This document shows positions 9,745 through 19,535 of a stretch of 38,817 nt of DNA, in pieces (positions within the stretch are counted from its first letter, which is position 1; every line of letters begins with the position of its first letter). The stretch is taken from contig JBAXAI010000035.1 in NCBI GenBank assembly GCA_037142615.1, positions 1 through 38,817 of the forward strand, in the 5' to 3' direction. The notes beneath the pieces were generated by a model. That model made no database searches. It was not told where the DNA came from and saw only the letters and a program-made list of their open reading frames with translations. Made by a program: the position numbers and the translations under genes. This DNA comes from Spirochaetales bacterium (GTDB taxonomy: Bacteria > Spirochaetota > Spirochaetia > JABEVK01).

Positions 9745-10524
9745 TTAGCGCATCAGATAGCCACCGTCCACTGTCAGGACGTGACCATTCACGTAATTCG
9801 AGGCGTCGCTGGAAAGGAAGACACAGGTTCCCATCAGGTCGGCCAGCCAGCCCCAGCGGTTCGCCGGGATGTGCGACAAAATCTTGTTGTTGCGCTCAGG
9901 ATCGCTGCGGGTCTTTTCCGTCAGCTTGGTGGCAAAATAGCCGGGTGCGATCGCATTCACCTGAATATCAAACTGCGCGAGCTCATCGCACATCGACTTG
10001 GTCAAACCGGCAATCCCGTGTTTGGTGGCGGCGTAGGCCGGCGACCACTGTCCGCCCAAGAACGAGAACAGCGAGCCGATGTTGATCACTTTGCCTCGGC
10101 GCTGAGGGATCATAAACTGAAGGGCCTCGTGGGTCATTTCAAAGGCAGCCGTCAGGTTAACCGACACCATCTTGTCCCATTCTTTTCGCCCAAACTGCGT
10201 GACATCTTCGATGTTGATGCAGATGCCGGCGCAATTGACCAGAATATCGATGTGGCCCCAAGTCGTCACACAGTCTTGAACAACGCGCTTGCATTCGCCA
10301 TCGGTGGTGATGTCGGCGCGGAGGTACTTGTACTGCTGACCTGCGGCTTCGACAATCCCCTTCGCCTCGCCATCGTCTTCCATTATGCTCACGGCCATCA
10401 CGTTAGCGCCAGCTTTGGCGAGCGCGGATGTAAAGGCCAAACCGAGACCGCTGTTGCCGCCGGTCACGATGGCATTCTTTCCCTTGAGCGAAAACCAATT
10501 CATGTTGAAATCGCGAATATCCAT
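9745..10524 (-). CDS. SDR oxidoreductase (YgcW/KduD-like)
   Basis: TGGNSGLG, YAATK, NAIAPG, VDGGYL. Confidence 0.9.
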   Translation of the reverse strand: MDIRDFNMNWFSLKGKNAIVTGGNSGLGLAFTSALAKAGANVMAVSIMEDDGEAKGIVEAAGQQYKYLRADITTDGECKRVVQDCVTTWGHIDILVNCAGICINIEDVTQFGRKEWDKMVSVNLTAAFEMTHEALQFMIPQRRGKVINIGSLFSFLGGQWSPAYAATKHGIAGLTKSMCDELAQFDIQVNAIAPGYFATKLTEKTRSDPERNNKILSHIPANRWGWLADLMGTCVFLSSDASNYVNGHVLTVDGGYLMR

Positions 10525-10525
10525 A

Positions 10526-11473
10526 TCAGCCTCCTGAAGCTTTGTGTAACTGAATTCTCTCTACTAGACGCTCAATAAACTCGAGGGCATCGCCCTCTAC
10601 CACCATATCGGCCAAGCTGCACAGGGGAGCGTCCGGGTCGGTATTGACAACAATAAGGTGCTCGACATTTCTAAGCCCTTCGAGGTGTTGCACCGAGCCC
10701 GAAATCCCGAGCGCCAAGTACAACCGTGGGCTCACCGTTTTGCCCGATTGGCCGACCTGAAGGGCCCGCTGGGCACCACCGCTGTCAACCACGCGACGAC
10801 TGGCAGAAACCTGCCCCCCGAGGGCCTGGGCCAACGCTTCCAACTTGGAAAACTGCCCAAGGACGCCACCGCCACCCGAAACAAGGATCTCGCTGTCGCG
10901 GATGTCGCGCCCCGCCGACTTTTCGCGGGACCCAAGGTAGGTGATTCCCGAGGGCTTACGCGGGGCGAAATCGATCACAAGTCGTTCGGTCGTGAGGGCT
11001 GTTCGCTCGCGTGCCGGGAACACGTTTGGGCGGACCGTCATCATCCAGGGTCCGGGCCCTTTTTTGACGATCCCGGCCATCAACCGCCCGCTGTAGGCGG
11101 GACGGATCATTTGCAGTTCCCCGTCACTTTCCAGGGCCGTCACGTCGGCGACAAGCCCGACACCCAGGCGCATCGCGAGCCGGGGGGCCAGCATCCTTCC
11201 AAACAGACTCGCTGGTATCAGAATGCTGTCCAGCTCGTAACGTTCGTGAAGTCTCACGATGCCAGCCGCGAGGTTGGCCACATCGTGACGAGGAATGACG
11301 TCACCACTAAACTCGACCAGCGCATCGAACGACCGCGAAGGGACTTGGGGTTCCTGACCCAGCTGGAGACCCAAAGTGTACACCGGAGAATCCCGGTACA
11401 GCAGCCTTGCGACCTCCAGAAGTTCCAGATCCGCAAGCGGATCACCTTCTCTCAGGATAAGGCATCGTTTCAT
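10526..11473 (-). CDS. Electron transfer flavoprotein alpha subunit
   Basis: RPAYSG, QVGQSGKTVSP, GISGSVQH, NTDPDAP. Confidence 0.9.
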   Translation of the reverse strand: MKRCLILREGDPLADLELLEVARLLYRDSPVYTLGLQLGQEPQVPSRSFDALVEFSGDVIPRHDVANLAAGIVRLHERYELDSILIPASLFGRMLAPRLAMRLGVGLVADVTALESDGELQMIRPAYSGRLMAGIVKKGPGPWMMTVRPNVFPARERTALTTERLVIDFAPRKPSGITYLGSREKSAGRDIRDSEILVSGGGGVLGQFSKLEALAQALGGQVSASRRVVDSGGAQRALQVGQSGKTVSPRLYLALGISGSVQHLEGLRNVEHLIVVNTDPDAPLCSLADMVVEGDALEFIERLVERIQLHKASGG

Positions 11474-12267
11474 GGTAAGAGTCCGTTCTTTTCGAGATAA
11501 CGGAACACGATTTCGATGCCTTGAGTGTCGCATTTCAGAAGCGTCTTGGTCTTCGCAGGCCAAGTTTTCGTGAACGTCCGTTTGACCCTGGTCCGCGAAC
11601 CTGTCAGGCCTACAGTCCCGCGGTCCAGACCGAGTTCGCCATTCGAAAGGACGCGCAACTGCGACGCCACGTCTTTTTCGAGATCCGCGTAGGCGACATA
11701 GGGGAGCTTGTAGCCACTGTCTTTGCTCAGGCTCAAGATCGCGGGAAGGGCGATTCGATAGCGCAGGATTTCGCGGTCCTGATCCACCTCAATTTCCGGC
11801 TCACCCTTCCAAAAGGAAGCGGGGTCAATTGCAACGATGTTGGACATTTGCGCAAGACCGCAGGCTTCGGCCACCTGGGACGGCACGTGAGAAGTATCTC
11901 CGTCGAGGCTATGCGTCCCGGTAAGGATGACGTCATAGCGCACCGACTGAAGATACCGGGCCAGAATCCCGGCCGTTGCCAATGTGTCGCTTCCGGCAAA
12001 ACTGGTGTCGGACAGCAACGTCGCCGTGTCCAGGTTACGCCGCAGGAGATCCTCAAGCTGCCCCTTCACGGTGCCGGGGGCCATGGTCACCACTTCAATG
12101 ACGGTTTCCGGATGACCCCGTTTGATCAAAAGGGCAAAGGCCAAGGCGCACGCATCGTCTGGGTTCAGGATTTGGGTCGAGTTTTCGCGCACCAAAGCCT
12201 GGTTGGCGTGGTCGTACTTGAACTCCTCGACATCCGGAACAAACTTGATCAGACAGACAATACGCAT
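11470..12267 (-). CDS. Electron transfer flavoprotein beta subunit
   Basis: MRIVCLIKFVPD, LNPDD, GSDTLAT, DGDT. Confidence 0.9.
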   Translation of the reverse strand: MRIVCLIKFVPDVEEFKYDHANQALVRENSTQILNPDDACALAFALLIKRGHPETVIEVVTMAPGTVKGQLEDLLRRNLDTATLLSDTSFAGSDTLATAGILARYLQSVRYDVILTGTHSLDGDTSHVPSQVAEACGLAQMSNIVAIDPASFWKGEPEIEVDQDREILRYRIALPAILSLSKDSGYKLPYVAYADLEKDVASQLRVLSNGELGLDRGTVGLTGSRTRVKRTFTKTWPAKTKTLLKCDTQGIEIVFRYLEKNGLLP

Positions 12268-12289
12268 TCCTTCGCCCTTGCTTCCGCGC

Positions 12290-13570
12290 TTACTTGCCCG
12301 CTGCCTTGTCTTTCTTGACCATGACACCGAAGATGAATACCAGCACGACACCGATCAAGCCAAGTACTGCGCTTGAAAGGAAATAGGCGTTGTAGCCGCC
12401 CTTCGCGCCGAAGGTGGTCCAAAGCATGGAGTTGAAGCCGGGGAGAATGATGTCGGGCAGGTAGCCAAAGAACGAGATCAAGCCGATGGCCGTTCCCAAA
12501 ATCAGGGCGTCGATCTTGTAGTCACCCAAGAGCGACCAGTAGGTACCGCGGATGGCGTACAGGAAGATGCCCAAGAGAACAATCAGGCTCGAGAAGAACA
12601 GCGCACCCGAGGTGACAGGAAGCACGGCCGTCAGGATAAGGCAAATTGCCGCACCGGCCAAAGCACCCATCTGGACCTTGTCTTTGCCCAGCTTGTCAGC
12701 CAGGAAGCCCCCGATGAAGCCGCCAACGGGACGCATCCAGAGCACAATGACCATCACGAGAGCGACGGTAACGGCATCGACGCCGACGTTGCTTTCGAGG
12801 AACCCACCCAGGTAGTAAACAGTCCAGAACACCGAGTAGCCCATGAAAATGATTCCACCATGGAGGTAGATGTTGCGGTTCTTGAAGAGCACCTTCAGGT
12901 CGCTGAAACGGAAGGCGGGCGCCTTGACGGCCTCCCTTTTGGCTTCGTCATTGGCAAGGGCTTTCTTGTCGTCTTTGACGAACACCATGACCAAAACTGC
13001 CGTGACAATGAGCACAATGGAGTACATGTAGATGACGGCGATCAACGCGGTGCGCTTGTCAACCAGTTCCAAGCTTCCACCCAGAATGGTCGAGAAGATG
13101 AGCAACGCAATGCTGGCCAACACGGCCTCGACAACGCCACGCCCACCGTCCAAAATGCCGAAGAAGGTCCCCTGCTCGTTCTCGTTGGCCAAGAGCTTGA
13201 CCAACTTCATGTGGGCGCTCCAGAAGGTGAACACCGAGAAGAAGCCCCAGATCGCGAAGATATAGGGAACCATCTGCGTGTTGGGAACCTGGGCAAACCA
13301 CAAGCCACCAAGACCGGTAAAGAAGAGCGAAATTGCCAGCAACTTCTTGGCAGAGAACTTGTCACTCAAGAAACCGCTGGGAAGATACCCGATCACGAAC
13401 ACCCAGCCGAGGACGGTGTACATCATGTTCAGGTCGGTCATCGACATGCCGAAGACCGCCAGAATTGTCTCTTGATAGTTGCTCTTGAGGTAGATCAACG
13501 GGTAGATCGATCCGGCCGCCAAGACGATTAAAAAGAACTGAAAATACTTTGCCAACTTATCCTTGTTCAT
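12290..13570 (-). CDS. MFS transporter (YqcE-like)
   Basis: About 12 hydrophobic segments, GFLSDKF and GFLADKLG motifs, FGILDGGRG. Confidence 0.88.
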   Translation of the reverse strand: MNKDKLAKYFQFFLIVLAAGSIYPLIYLKSNYQETILAVFGMSMTDLNMMYTVLGWVFVIGYLPSGFLSDKFSAKKLLAISLFFTGLGGLWFAQVPNTQMVPYIFAIWGFFSVFTFWSAHMKLVKLLANENEQGTFFGILDGGRGVVEAVLASIALLIFSTILGGSLELVDKRTALIAVIYMYSIVLIVTAVLVMVFVKDDKKALANDEAKREAVKAPAFRFSDLKVLFKNRNIYLHGGIIFMGYSVFWTVYYLGGFLESNVGVDAVTVALVMVIVLWMRPVGGFIGGFLADKLGKDKVQMGALAGAAICLILTAVLPVTSGALFFSSLIVLLGIFLYAIRGTYWSLLGDYKIDALILGTAIGLISFFGYLPDIILPGFNSMLWTTFGAKGGYNAYFLSSAVLGLIGVVLVFIFGVMVKKDKAAGK

Positions 13571-13605
13571 AAAAACTCCTTTATTGATTTGAACAGATGC
13601 ATCGT

Positions 13606-15078
13606 TTATTTCTGATACTTTTTACCGTCCTCCTGCGGGTAGATAGTGCCGAAATTCATGATACCTTGGGGATCGAACGCACTCTTGAGTGTTTCGAGCA
13701 TGTAGTACGCTGAGCCGTGCTCCTGTTTGGTCCACTCACTGCGGTATTTTCCGATACCGTGGTGGTGACACATCGAGCCGCCCAGTTTGAGGGTTTCTTC
13801 GACAATGATGGTCTGCAGCGGATGATGGTAGATGCGCATTTCATCTTCCGGATTGCAGTGAATCTTGTAGTTGTAGACGAAATACATATTGGTGCCATTG
13901 CTGTAGCTATGCGAGGAATGCCCACCCAGCATCGTCAAGTCGTTCGCTCTCGGAAAGCTGGATCGGATGCGTTTCATGACATTGTTGTAGATCTTGGGAA
14001 TGGTCTCCCAATCGGCAGAAATCTCGGTAGTGAAGCCGGCGTGCGAGTCGTTAACCTTCATGCCTTCAAACTCGTCGTCGATGTCTTTTTGCGACCAGTT
14101 GAGATGGTTGAACCACGCTTGAATGAGTTTGCTGTCGACTTTTTCCAGAATGCCGTCGGCAAACTTGGCCACTGCGGCTTCGATGCCCTTGGCCGTGGCG
14201 GCCACCAGGTCGCTGTTGCCCTCGGCCATGAAAATCAGCACGCACTTGCCTTTGTGGAAGTGGTAGAAATGTTGGGCTGCATCTCCTTCGGAGTAGGTGC
14301 GAGCCACCGAGGGTCGGTAGCCGTTTACCATCACTTCGCGCAACATCTTCACACCGGCTTCCACATCCTTGATCAGATAACCGAAGAACTGATGATTCTC
14401 GGGGAAGTAGCGGAAGAGCTTCACCGTGACTTCGGTGATATAGCAAAGGGTCCCTTCATTACCAATCGCCAGATGACGGATATCCGGACCGCCGGCGCGA
14501 CGCGACACGTTCTTGATCCGCGAAATATGACCGTTGGGGAACACGCACTCGAGGCCCACGACCATGTCTTCAATGCCGCCGTAGAGGGTTGAGAACTGGC
14601 CGATGCTGCGGGTCGCGACCAAGCCACCGAGTTTGGCGACGGGTTTGGACTGAGGGGAGTGACCGGTGGTCAGGCCCTGCTTGCGAACAAGGTCTTCCAG
14701 TTGCTGCAAAGGCACCCCTGCCTGCACCGTCGCCTGCATGTTGTAGTCGTCGATCTTCAGGATCTTGTCCAGGTGAAGCGCATCGACAACCAACGTGACT
14801 TCTTTCCAGTTCTCAAGTCCGCCTTCGGTGGCCGTCTTTCCGCCGCGAGCGATGACGTTGATGTTGTTCTTGTTGCAGAACAGCAGCACACGGGCGACTT
14901 CTTCGGTGGAAGCCGGATAGACGATGGCTACAGGAAGCGGAACGTCAAGCACCTTGCGCGCCTTGGCGTATTTCTTATAGCGGTCCGCCGAGGCATCGTA
15001 CAGTTCTTCGTGGTCGGTATTGATCTGGTCCACTTTGAGAAAAGTCGACAGTTCTTCCAACACAGATTCGCGATTCAT
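13606..15078 (-). CDS. FAD-binding oxidoreductase, VAO/PCMH family (YgcU/alkyl-DHAP synthase-like)
   Basis: GHSPQS, STLYGGIED, GNEGTL, HSSHSY, HHHGIGK; AGGAG 7 nt before ATG 15078. Confidence 0.88.
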   Translation of the reverse strand: MNRESVLEELSTFLKVDQINTDHEELYDASADRYKKYAKARKVLDVPLPVAIVYPASTEEVARVLLFCNKNNINVIARGGKTATEGGLENWKEVTLVVDALHLDKILKIDDYNMQATVQAGVPLQQLEDLVRKQGLTTGHSPQSKPVAKLGGLVATRSIGQFSTLYGGIEDMVVGLECVFPNGHISRIKNVSRRAGGPDIRHLAIGNEGTLCYITEVTVKLFRYFPENHQFFGYLIKDVEAGVKMLREVMVNGYRPSVARTYSEGDAAQHFYHFHKGKCVLIFMAEGNSDLVAATAKGIEAAVAKFADGILEKVDSKLIQAWFNHLNWSQKDIDDEFEGMKVNDSHAGFTTEISADWETIPKIYNNVMKRIRSSFPRANDLTMLGGHSSHSYSNGTNMYFVYNYKIHCNPEDEMRIYHHPLQTIIVEETLKLGGSMCHHHGIGKYRSEWTKQEHGSAYYMLETLKSAFDPQGIMNFGTIYPQEDGKKYQK

Positions 15079-15118
15079 ACTCAAACTCCTTCTGATCGTC
15101 TTGAGAACATTTTTGAGC

Positions 15119-15222
15119 AAAAAAAAAGAGCACAGAGAACAATATTCCCCGGGAAAAGATCGCGTCGCGTCGAAAACAACGGAAACGAACTCTTGAAAGG
15201 GAATTACTGTTCTCTGTGCTCT
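15119..15222 (-). terminator. Leader terminator/attenuator hairpin upstream of the ygcU-like gene
   Basis: Perfect 15 bp inverted repeat AGAGCACAGAGAACA (15127-15141) / TGTTCTCTGTGCTCT (15208-15222), followed on the minus strand by a T run; lies next to a GlpP-type antiterminator gene. Confidence 0.75.
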
Positions 15223-15236
15223 AGTAATTCGAGGTA

Positions 15237-15265
15237 ATGCTATATCGAGTCTTGAAAGCCGTCAA
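15237..15265 (-). promoter_or_regulatory. sigma70-type promoter of the ygc-like operon
   Basis: Minus strand TTGACG-17 nt-TAGCAT, just upstream of the leader hairpin. Confidence 0.6.
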
Positions 15266-15279
15266 GGACTTTATTCGAG

Positions 15280-15846
15280 TTAAATTGCCCAGACGATGGG
15301 ATTGGTCGAGGATACGGCCGTCGCTCCGGCCTTGAGGGCGGCTTCCGCGTCCTCACGGTCGCAGACCAACCCTCCGGCGATGACGGGAATGCTCACTTCG
15401 GCGACCACCCAACCGATCACTTTCGGCATGCATCCAGGCATGATCTCGATGCAGTCGGGCTGGGAAATCTCGACCTGACGGCCCAGATTCTGGTAGGAAA
15501 ACGAGTCGATCAGGAAGAAACGATGAATCGTAAACAAGCCGTGGGCCTTGGCGGCCTTGATGATCGACGCCTTGGAACTGAGGATACCGTCGGCCTGGGT
15601 CTGCTGCTTCAAAAACTGAACGGCAATGTCTTTGTTGGAAAGGCCGTCGATCAGGTCGACGTTGATGAAGACCATCTTGCCGTGTTCCTTGAGCTTTTGC
15701 ACAATCGCCACGATGTTCAGCAGGTCCCCGTACAAGACGAAGACAATTCTGCAGTCGGACTGCAAAACGAGTTGGAGGCCGTTGTCGTCCTTGATGCCGG
15801 CGATGCTGGGTTTCTTCGCGATACTCGCCAAAAGCCAATTACTCAT
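15280..15846 (-). CDS. GlpP/YgcP family RNA-binding antiterminator
   Basis: VFINVDLIDGL, ADGILSS, TIHRFFLIDS, IEIMPG, PVIAGGL, AVSSTN. Confidence 0.9.
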   Translation of the reverse strand: MSNWLLASIAKKPSIAGIKDDNGLQLVLQSDCRIVFVLYGDLLNIVAIVQKLKEHGKMVFINVDLIDGLSNKDIAVQFLKQQTQADGILSSKASIIKAAKAHGLFTIHRFFLIDSFSYQNLGRQVEISQPDCIEIMPGCMPKVIGWVVAEVSIPVIAGGLVCDREDAEAALKAGATAVSSTNPIVWAI

Positions 15847-15934
15847 GCGCGGCCCACCCTTCTGAATCACTATCCGTCGTGTAAAGGGTGCTGTCAAGTT
15901 TGGGGCCCGGCGAGCTCAGCTCGCCAAGGCTCCC

Positions 15935-16801
15935 CTACAGCAGGTTCTTGCGCACAAACACCACAGCGTCACGGGCCAGCGCGTCGAGGTCGGGGTTGGC
16001 CACGATGGGGCGCCAAACCCCGATGTCGCGGCCGATCTGCCCGCCGGGAACGACGAACGGCTCCATCACCAGCGGCCCTTGGTACGAAATGTCGCGCAGC
16101 GCCTGGCGGATCTCGGCCCAAGGCATTCGCCCCATGCCTGGCGGTTTGCGGTTGGTTTCGCCCAGGTGCAGCGAGGCCAGGTAGGGGCCCGCGTCGCGGA
16201 TGGCCCCGCCGATGGAATCCTCTTCGATGTTCATGTGAAACGTGTCGAGCAAGATTTTGCACCGCGGACTGTTCACTTCTTTGACGTAGGCCAGGGCCTC
16301 GGCGCAGGTGTTGAGCAGGTACTGCTCGAACCGGTTGATCACCTCGACGTTGAGCGTGACGTTTTGGTCCTCAGCGACTTTCACCAGTTCTTTGACGCTC
16401 AGCAGGCTCTTTTCGAGGTAGGGGCGCTTGTCGACCGCACCGGGGGGCAGCGTCGAGGGCCAGCAACTGTGGATGGTGCCGCCGATCATGCCGCCGCCCA
16501 TTTCGCCCATGGCCTTGACGACGGTTTTCATGAAGGCGACGGCATTTTTGCGCACCGTTTCGTCGGTGGACGACATATCATGGTCGGCGGTGAGGCCGAT
16601 GCCGTAGGACAGGAGAATCTGCTGGTCTTCGGCTTCCTTGCGCAGACGCTGCCTGTCGGCGGCCGACAGACTGGCCAAGCCGGCCCCGTGAATCTCGAGC
16701 TGGTCGAAGCCTAAACTCTTGACCTTCTTGATGTAGGGGAAGAAGTCGACTTCCCACTCGCGGGTCCAGTAGGCGTAAAAAATCCCGATGGTCGATGGCA
16801 T
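15935..16801 (-). CDS. D-psicose/D-tagatose 3-epimerase family protein
   Basis: GIFYAYWTREW, EVINRFE, LDTFHMNIEE, HLGETNRKPPG, MEPFV..GG. Confidence 0.88.
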   Translation of the reverse strand: MPSTIGIFYAYWTREWEVDFFPYIKKVKSLGFDQLEIHGAGLASLSAADRQRLRKEAEDQQILLSYGIGLTADHDMSSTDETVRKNAVAFMKTVVKAMGEMGGGMIGGTIHSCWPSTLPPGAVDKRPYLEKSLLSVKELVKVAEDQNVTLNVEVINRFEQYLLNTCAEALAYVKEVNSPRCKILLDTFHMNIEEDSIGGAIRDAGPYLASLHLGETNRKPPGMGRMPWAEIRQALRDISYQGPLVMEPFVVPGGQIGRDIGVWRPIVANPDLDALARDAVVFVRKNLL

Positions 16802-16910
16802 GGAAAACCTCCGTGTGACATACGCCTTATCTTGCAGCAAATCGCCGGACGGCGCCAGTAGTGGGTGCAACCTGTGGTACCCTACCCGCCAGTACTTCGG
16901 AGGAACCTTT

Positions 16911-17831
16911 ATGTTTGCCCTGTTGCCTGACTTGCTGCCAATTCTCGTTCTGATCGCCTTGGGGGCGCTCTTGGGGCGCAGGGGCTTTCTGCAGGCCCCG
17001 GCCGTGGAAGGTTTCAAGAAACTGATTGCATCGGTTACGTTGCCGGTGCTGCTCTTCACGGCGTTCTCGCGGATGACGCTGCAGAGTTCGCTCTACGCCG
17101 AAGCGGCTCTGGTGTTTGCCGCTTGTGGGGCTTTGGGTTTGGCGGGGGTGGGTCTGTCGCGTGTACTGAAGCTGCCTCGTCCGGCAACTGGGCTGTTGTT
17201 TCAGGGCTTCGAGGCCGGCATGTTGGGCTACGCGCTGTTCACCACCTTTTTCGGCGTGGCGAACATCCCGGCGTTTGCGTCGGCCGATCTGGGTCAGGTG
17301 CTGTTCGTGTTCACCGTGCTCATGGCGCAGCTGCTGGCCGGCGAGAAAGGGACAAAGATGCGCTTGGCCGAGGTGGTCGGCAACACCCTCCGGTCCCCTG
17401 TCATTTGGTCGATCGGGCTCGGTTTGCTTTCGTCAGCGCTTTTTCCGCAAGCTTCGGGACTCGCGTGGGGCAAAGGCGGACTGCTGGACCCAACTTTGGC
17501 TCTGGTAGGCGGGGCCACGACACCGCTGGTTGGTCTGGTGGTCGGGTTTGGGCTCAAAGACGGCATTCCGGCGCTACGATCGTGCCTGTTGGTCGTTGCC
17601 CTGAGGCTGGCGCTGACGGCCGCCTTGGGAGCCGTGCTCGCGTACGTGGTGCTTCCCGCTCTGGGTCTGCTGTATTCCAAGGCCCTGATGATCCTGTTCC
17701 TGCTGCCGCCGCCGTTTGTCATTCCGGTGTTCCGCACCAAAGCCGAAGACGGCCCCTACATAGCCAGTACGCTTTCGTTGCATACCCTCGCCTCGTTGAC
17801 GGTCATTGTGGCGCTGGTCTTGCTGACCTAG
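16911..17831 (+). CDS. AEC (auxin efflux carrier) family permease
   Basis: Multi-TM, VTLPVLLF, GFEAGMLGY, LPPPFVIP. Confidence 0.7.
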   Translation: MFALLPDLLPILVLIALGALLGRRGFLQAPAVEGFKKLIASVTLPVLLFTAFSRMTLQSSLYAEAALVFAACGALGLAGVGLSRVLKLPRPATGLLFQGFEAGMLGYALFTTFFGVANIPAFASADLGQVLFVFTVLMAQLLAGEKGTKMRLAEVVGNTLRSPVIWSIGLGLLSSALFPQASGLAWGKGGLLDPTLALVGGATTPLVGLVVGFGLKDGIPALRSCLLVVALRLALTAALGAVLAYVVLPALGLLYSKALMILFLLPPPFVIPVFRTKAEDGPYIASTLSLHTLASLTVIVALVLLT

Positions 17832-19363
17832 GGCGTAAACCGGAAATCGCCGCGGCCAGCTTGTTTGATGTTGTACATGGCCCGGTCGGCCAGGGTCAAA
17901 AGGTTGTCGGGGTCAAGCCCGTTGTCGGGATAAAAGCTGATACCGATGCTGACGCCGATGGTCACCACCAAACCATCGAGACGGAAAGGGGTCTGCAAAG
18001 ACTGGACGATTTTTTCGGCAACCGCGCTCAAGGCCTCTTGGGTGCCAACCTCGGGGCAGACGGCGACAAACTCGTCTCCACCGACCCGGGCCACGGTATC
18101 GGAGTCTCGTATGCAGCCCTTGAGCCGCGAGGCGACCTGCACGAGCAGCGCGTCGCCCACGGCGTGACCGTGAAGATCGTTGACCGCCTTGAAGCGGTCC
18201 AGGTCCATGTAGAGCACGGCAAACTTACGGCTTTCGCGGGAAGACAGCGCAATCAGGTGACTCATGCGGTCAAACAGCAGTACCCGGTTGGGGAGTCCCG
18301 TGAGCGCATCGTGAAGGGCGAGGACCTCCAGTCGGGTTTGGGATTCCTTGAGCGCCGTCAAGTCGTACGCCGCGAAAATCGTCCCCAACGGAGTCCCCCT
18401 CGCGTCGGTCAGGAGGGAGGAAGAAAGCGAAAGCGTCACGACGGTTCCTTCCTTTTCCAAGCGATATTCCACGTCGGAAAAGGGCACCGGCGGAAGCGCA
18501 CCCGGCAGGACGGAACTGATGGGACTTTCGAGGACAGGCTGCCCGGCCGTGCGAAGCAGTTGGAGCGCTCCGTCGTTGGCAACTCGAACCACCCCCTCGA
18601 GGTCGGCCACAACCACCGGACTCCGCAAAGTCTTGAGGATCTGGGAGGCGGCCAGTTCCGGCGTGATGTCCACCAGGCGGTAGCGTCGCAACACAACGCC
18701 AATCGACAGGACGAACAGAAAAATGGGGACATAGCCGAAGGCATAGACTTCGATGCCCAGCGTCGGTAGATAGTCAACGGCGCCGAAGTAGCCGATGCCC
18801 AGCGCGAGCATCAACCCCCGGAGGCGGCGGCGGTGCGTCGTGGAACGGCTCTTGCGGTAGTCCCGGATATAGAGGACGTAAATGGCCCCGAGAACAACCA
18901 CAAAGAAGAGCACATTGACGATTCCCAGAAGCCCGTAGCTCGGGTAGTACCCCCAAGACGCGAGAAAGTTCGAGGCCACCACCAAATTGGTCAACCCCGA
19001 AGCCAAGGCCATGAGAAGTGAAACCAACCCGATCGCAACCGAGAAGCGGAAGTACCGCCGGACTTTACCCAAGATCAGAGCGGTGACAACGAAGAAAGTC
19101 CCCGGGATCAGCGAGACCCCGACGTGGGCAAACCGCTCCCAAGCCAAGGCGTAGTGAGGCTCGAGAGCGGCATACGAGAAGCCAGCCCCGAGGCAGTAGA
19201 CCCCCACGGACCACGAAAAAGCCAAGTACCAGAAACCGAGGGCGGAAGCCCGCTCCTGCAAGGTGACGAGCATTCCCAAGACGATCAGCAGTCCACCGAC
19301 GCCCAAGACCGGAAGAGAGCGGGCATCAAACTGGTACAGACTGGGATCGAAAAGGGTTTCCAT
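17828..19363 (-). CDS. Diguanylate cyclase with N-terminal 7TM region and PAS-like linker
   Basis: HDALTGLPNR, DLDRFKAVND, RVGGDEF, ADRAMY; hydrophobic N-terminal half. Confidence 0.9.
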   Translation of the reverse strand: METLFDPSLYQFDARSLPVLGVGGLLIVLGMLVTLQERASALGFWYLAFSWSVGVYCLGAGFSYAALEPHYALAWERFAHVGVSLIPGTFFVVTALILGKVRRYFRFSVAIGLVSLLMALASGLTNLVVASNFLASWGYYPSYGLLGIVNVLFFVVVLGAIYVLYIRDYRKSRSTTHRRRLRGLMLALGIGYFGAVDYLPTLGIEVYAFGYVPIFLFVLSIGVVLRRYRLVDITPELAASQILKTLRSPVVVADLEGVVRVANDGALQLLRTAGQPVLESPISSVLPGALPPVPFSDVEYRLEKEGTVVTLSLSSSLLTDARGTPLGTIFAAYDLTALKESQTRLEVLALHDALTGLPNRVLLFDRMSHLIALSSRESRKFAVLYMDLDRFKAVNDLHGHAVGDALLVQVASRLKGCIRDSDTVARVGGDEFVAVCPEVGTQEALSAVAEKIVQSLQTPFRLDGLVVTIGVSIGISFYPDNGLDPDNLLTLADRAMYNIKQAGRGDFRFTP

Positions 19364-19485
19364 GGGCTTGGGTCCGAAAGTACTGCGGCTACCAAGTACC
19401 GGCAAGGTATTGTCGAACTTTTCAACAGTTGCGGTAGCTAACCCGACGAACGATTCGAGGGCTGTTTCTCAATATGTAAAACAAC

Positions 19486-19514
19486 TTGACAAAGTGGGCA
19501 ACCGGCTCCACGAT
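19486..19514 (+). promoter_or_regulatory. sigma70-type promoter of the kinase-HAD operon
   Basis: TTGACA-17 nt-CACGAT, then AGGAG and GTG 19536. Confidence 0.55.
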
Positions 19515-19535
19515 GGAAGGACTCAGGAGCCCCAC

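Noticed and set aside
17123-18769. 548 aa plus-strand ORF and similar long alternative-frame ORFs (e.g. 8266-9567, 20454-21812)
   Set aside because: They overlap well-supported genes; expected shadows in GC-rich DNA.
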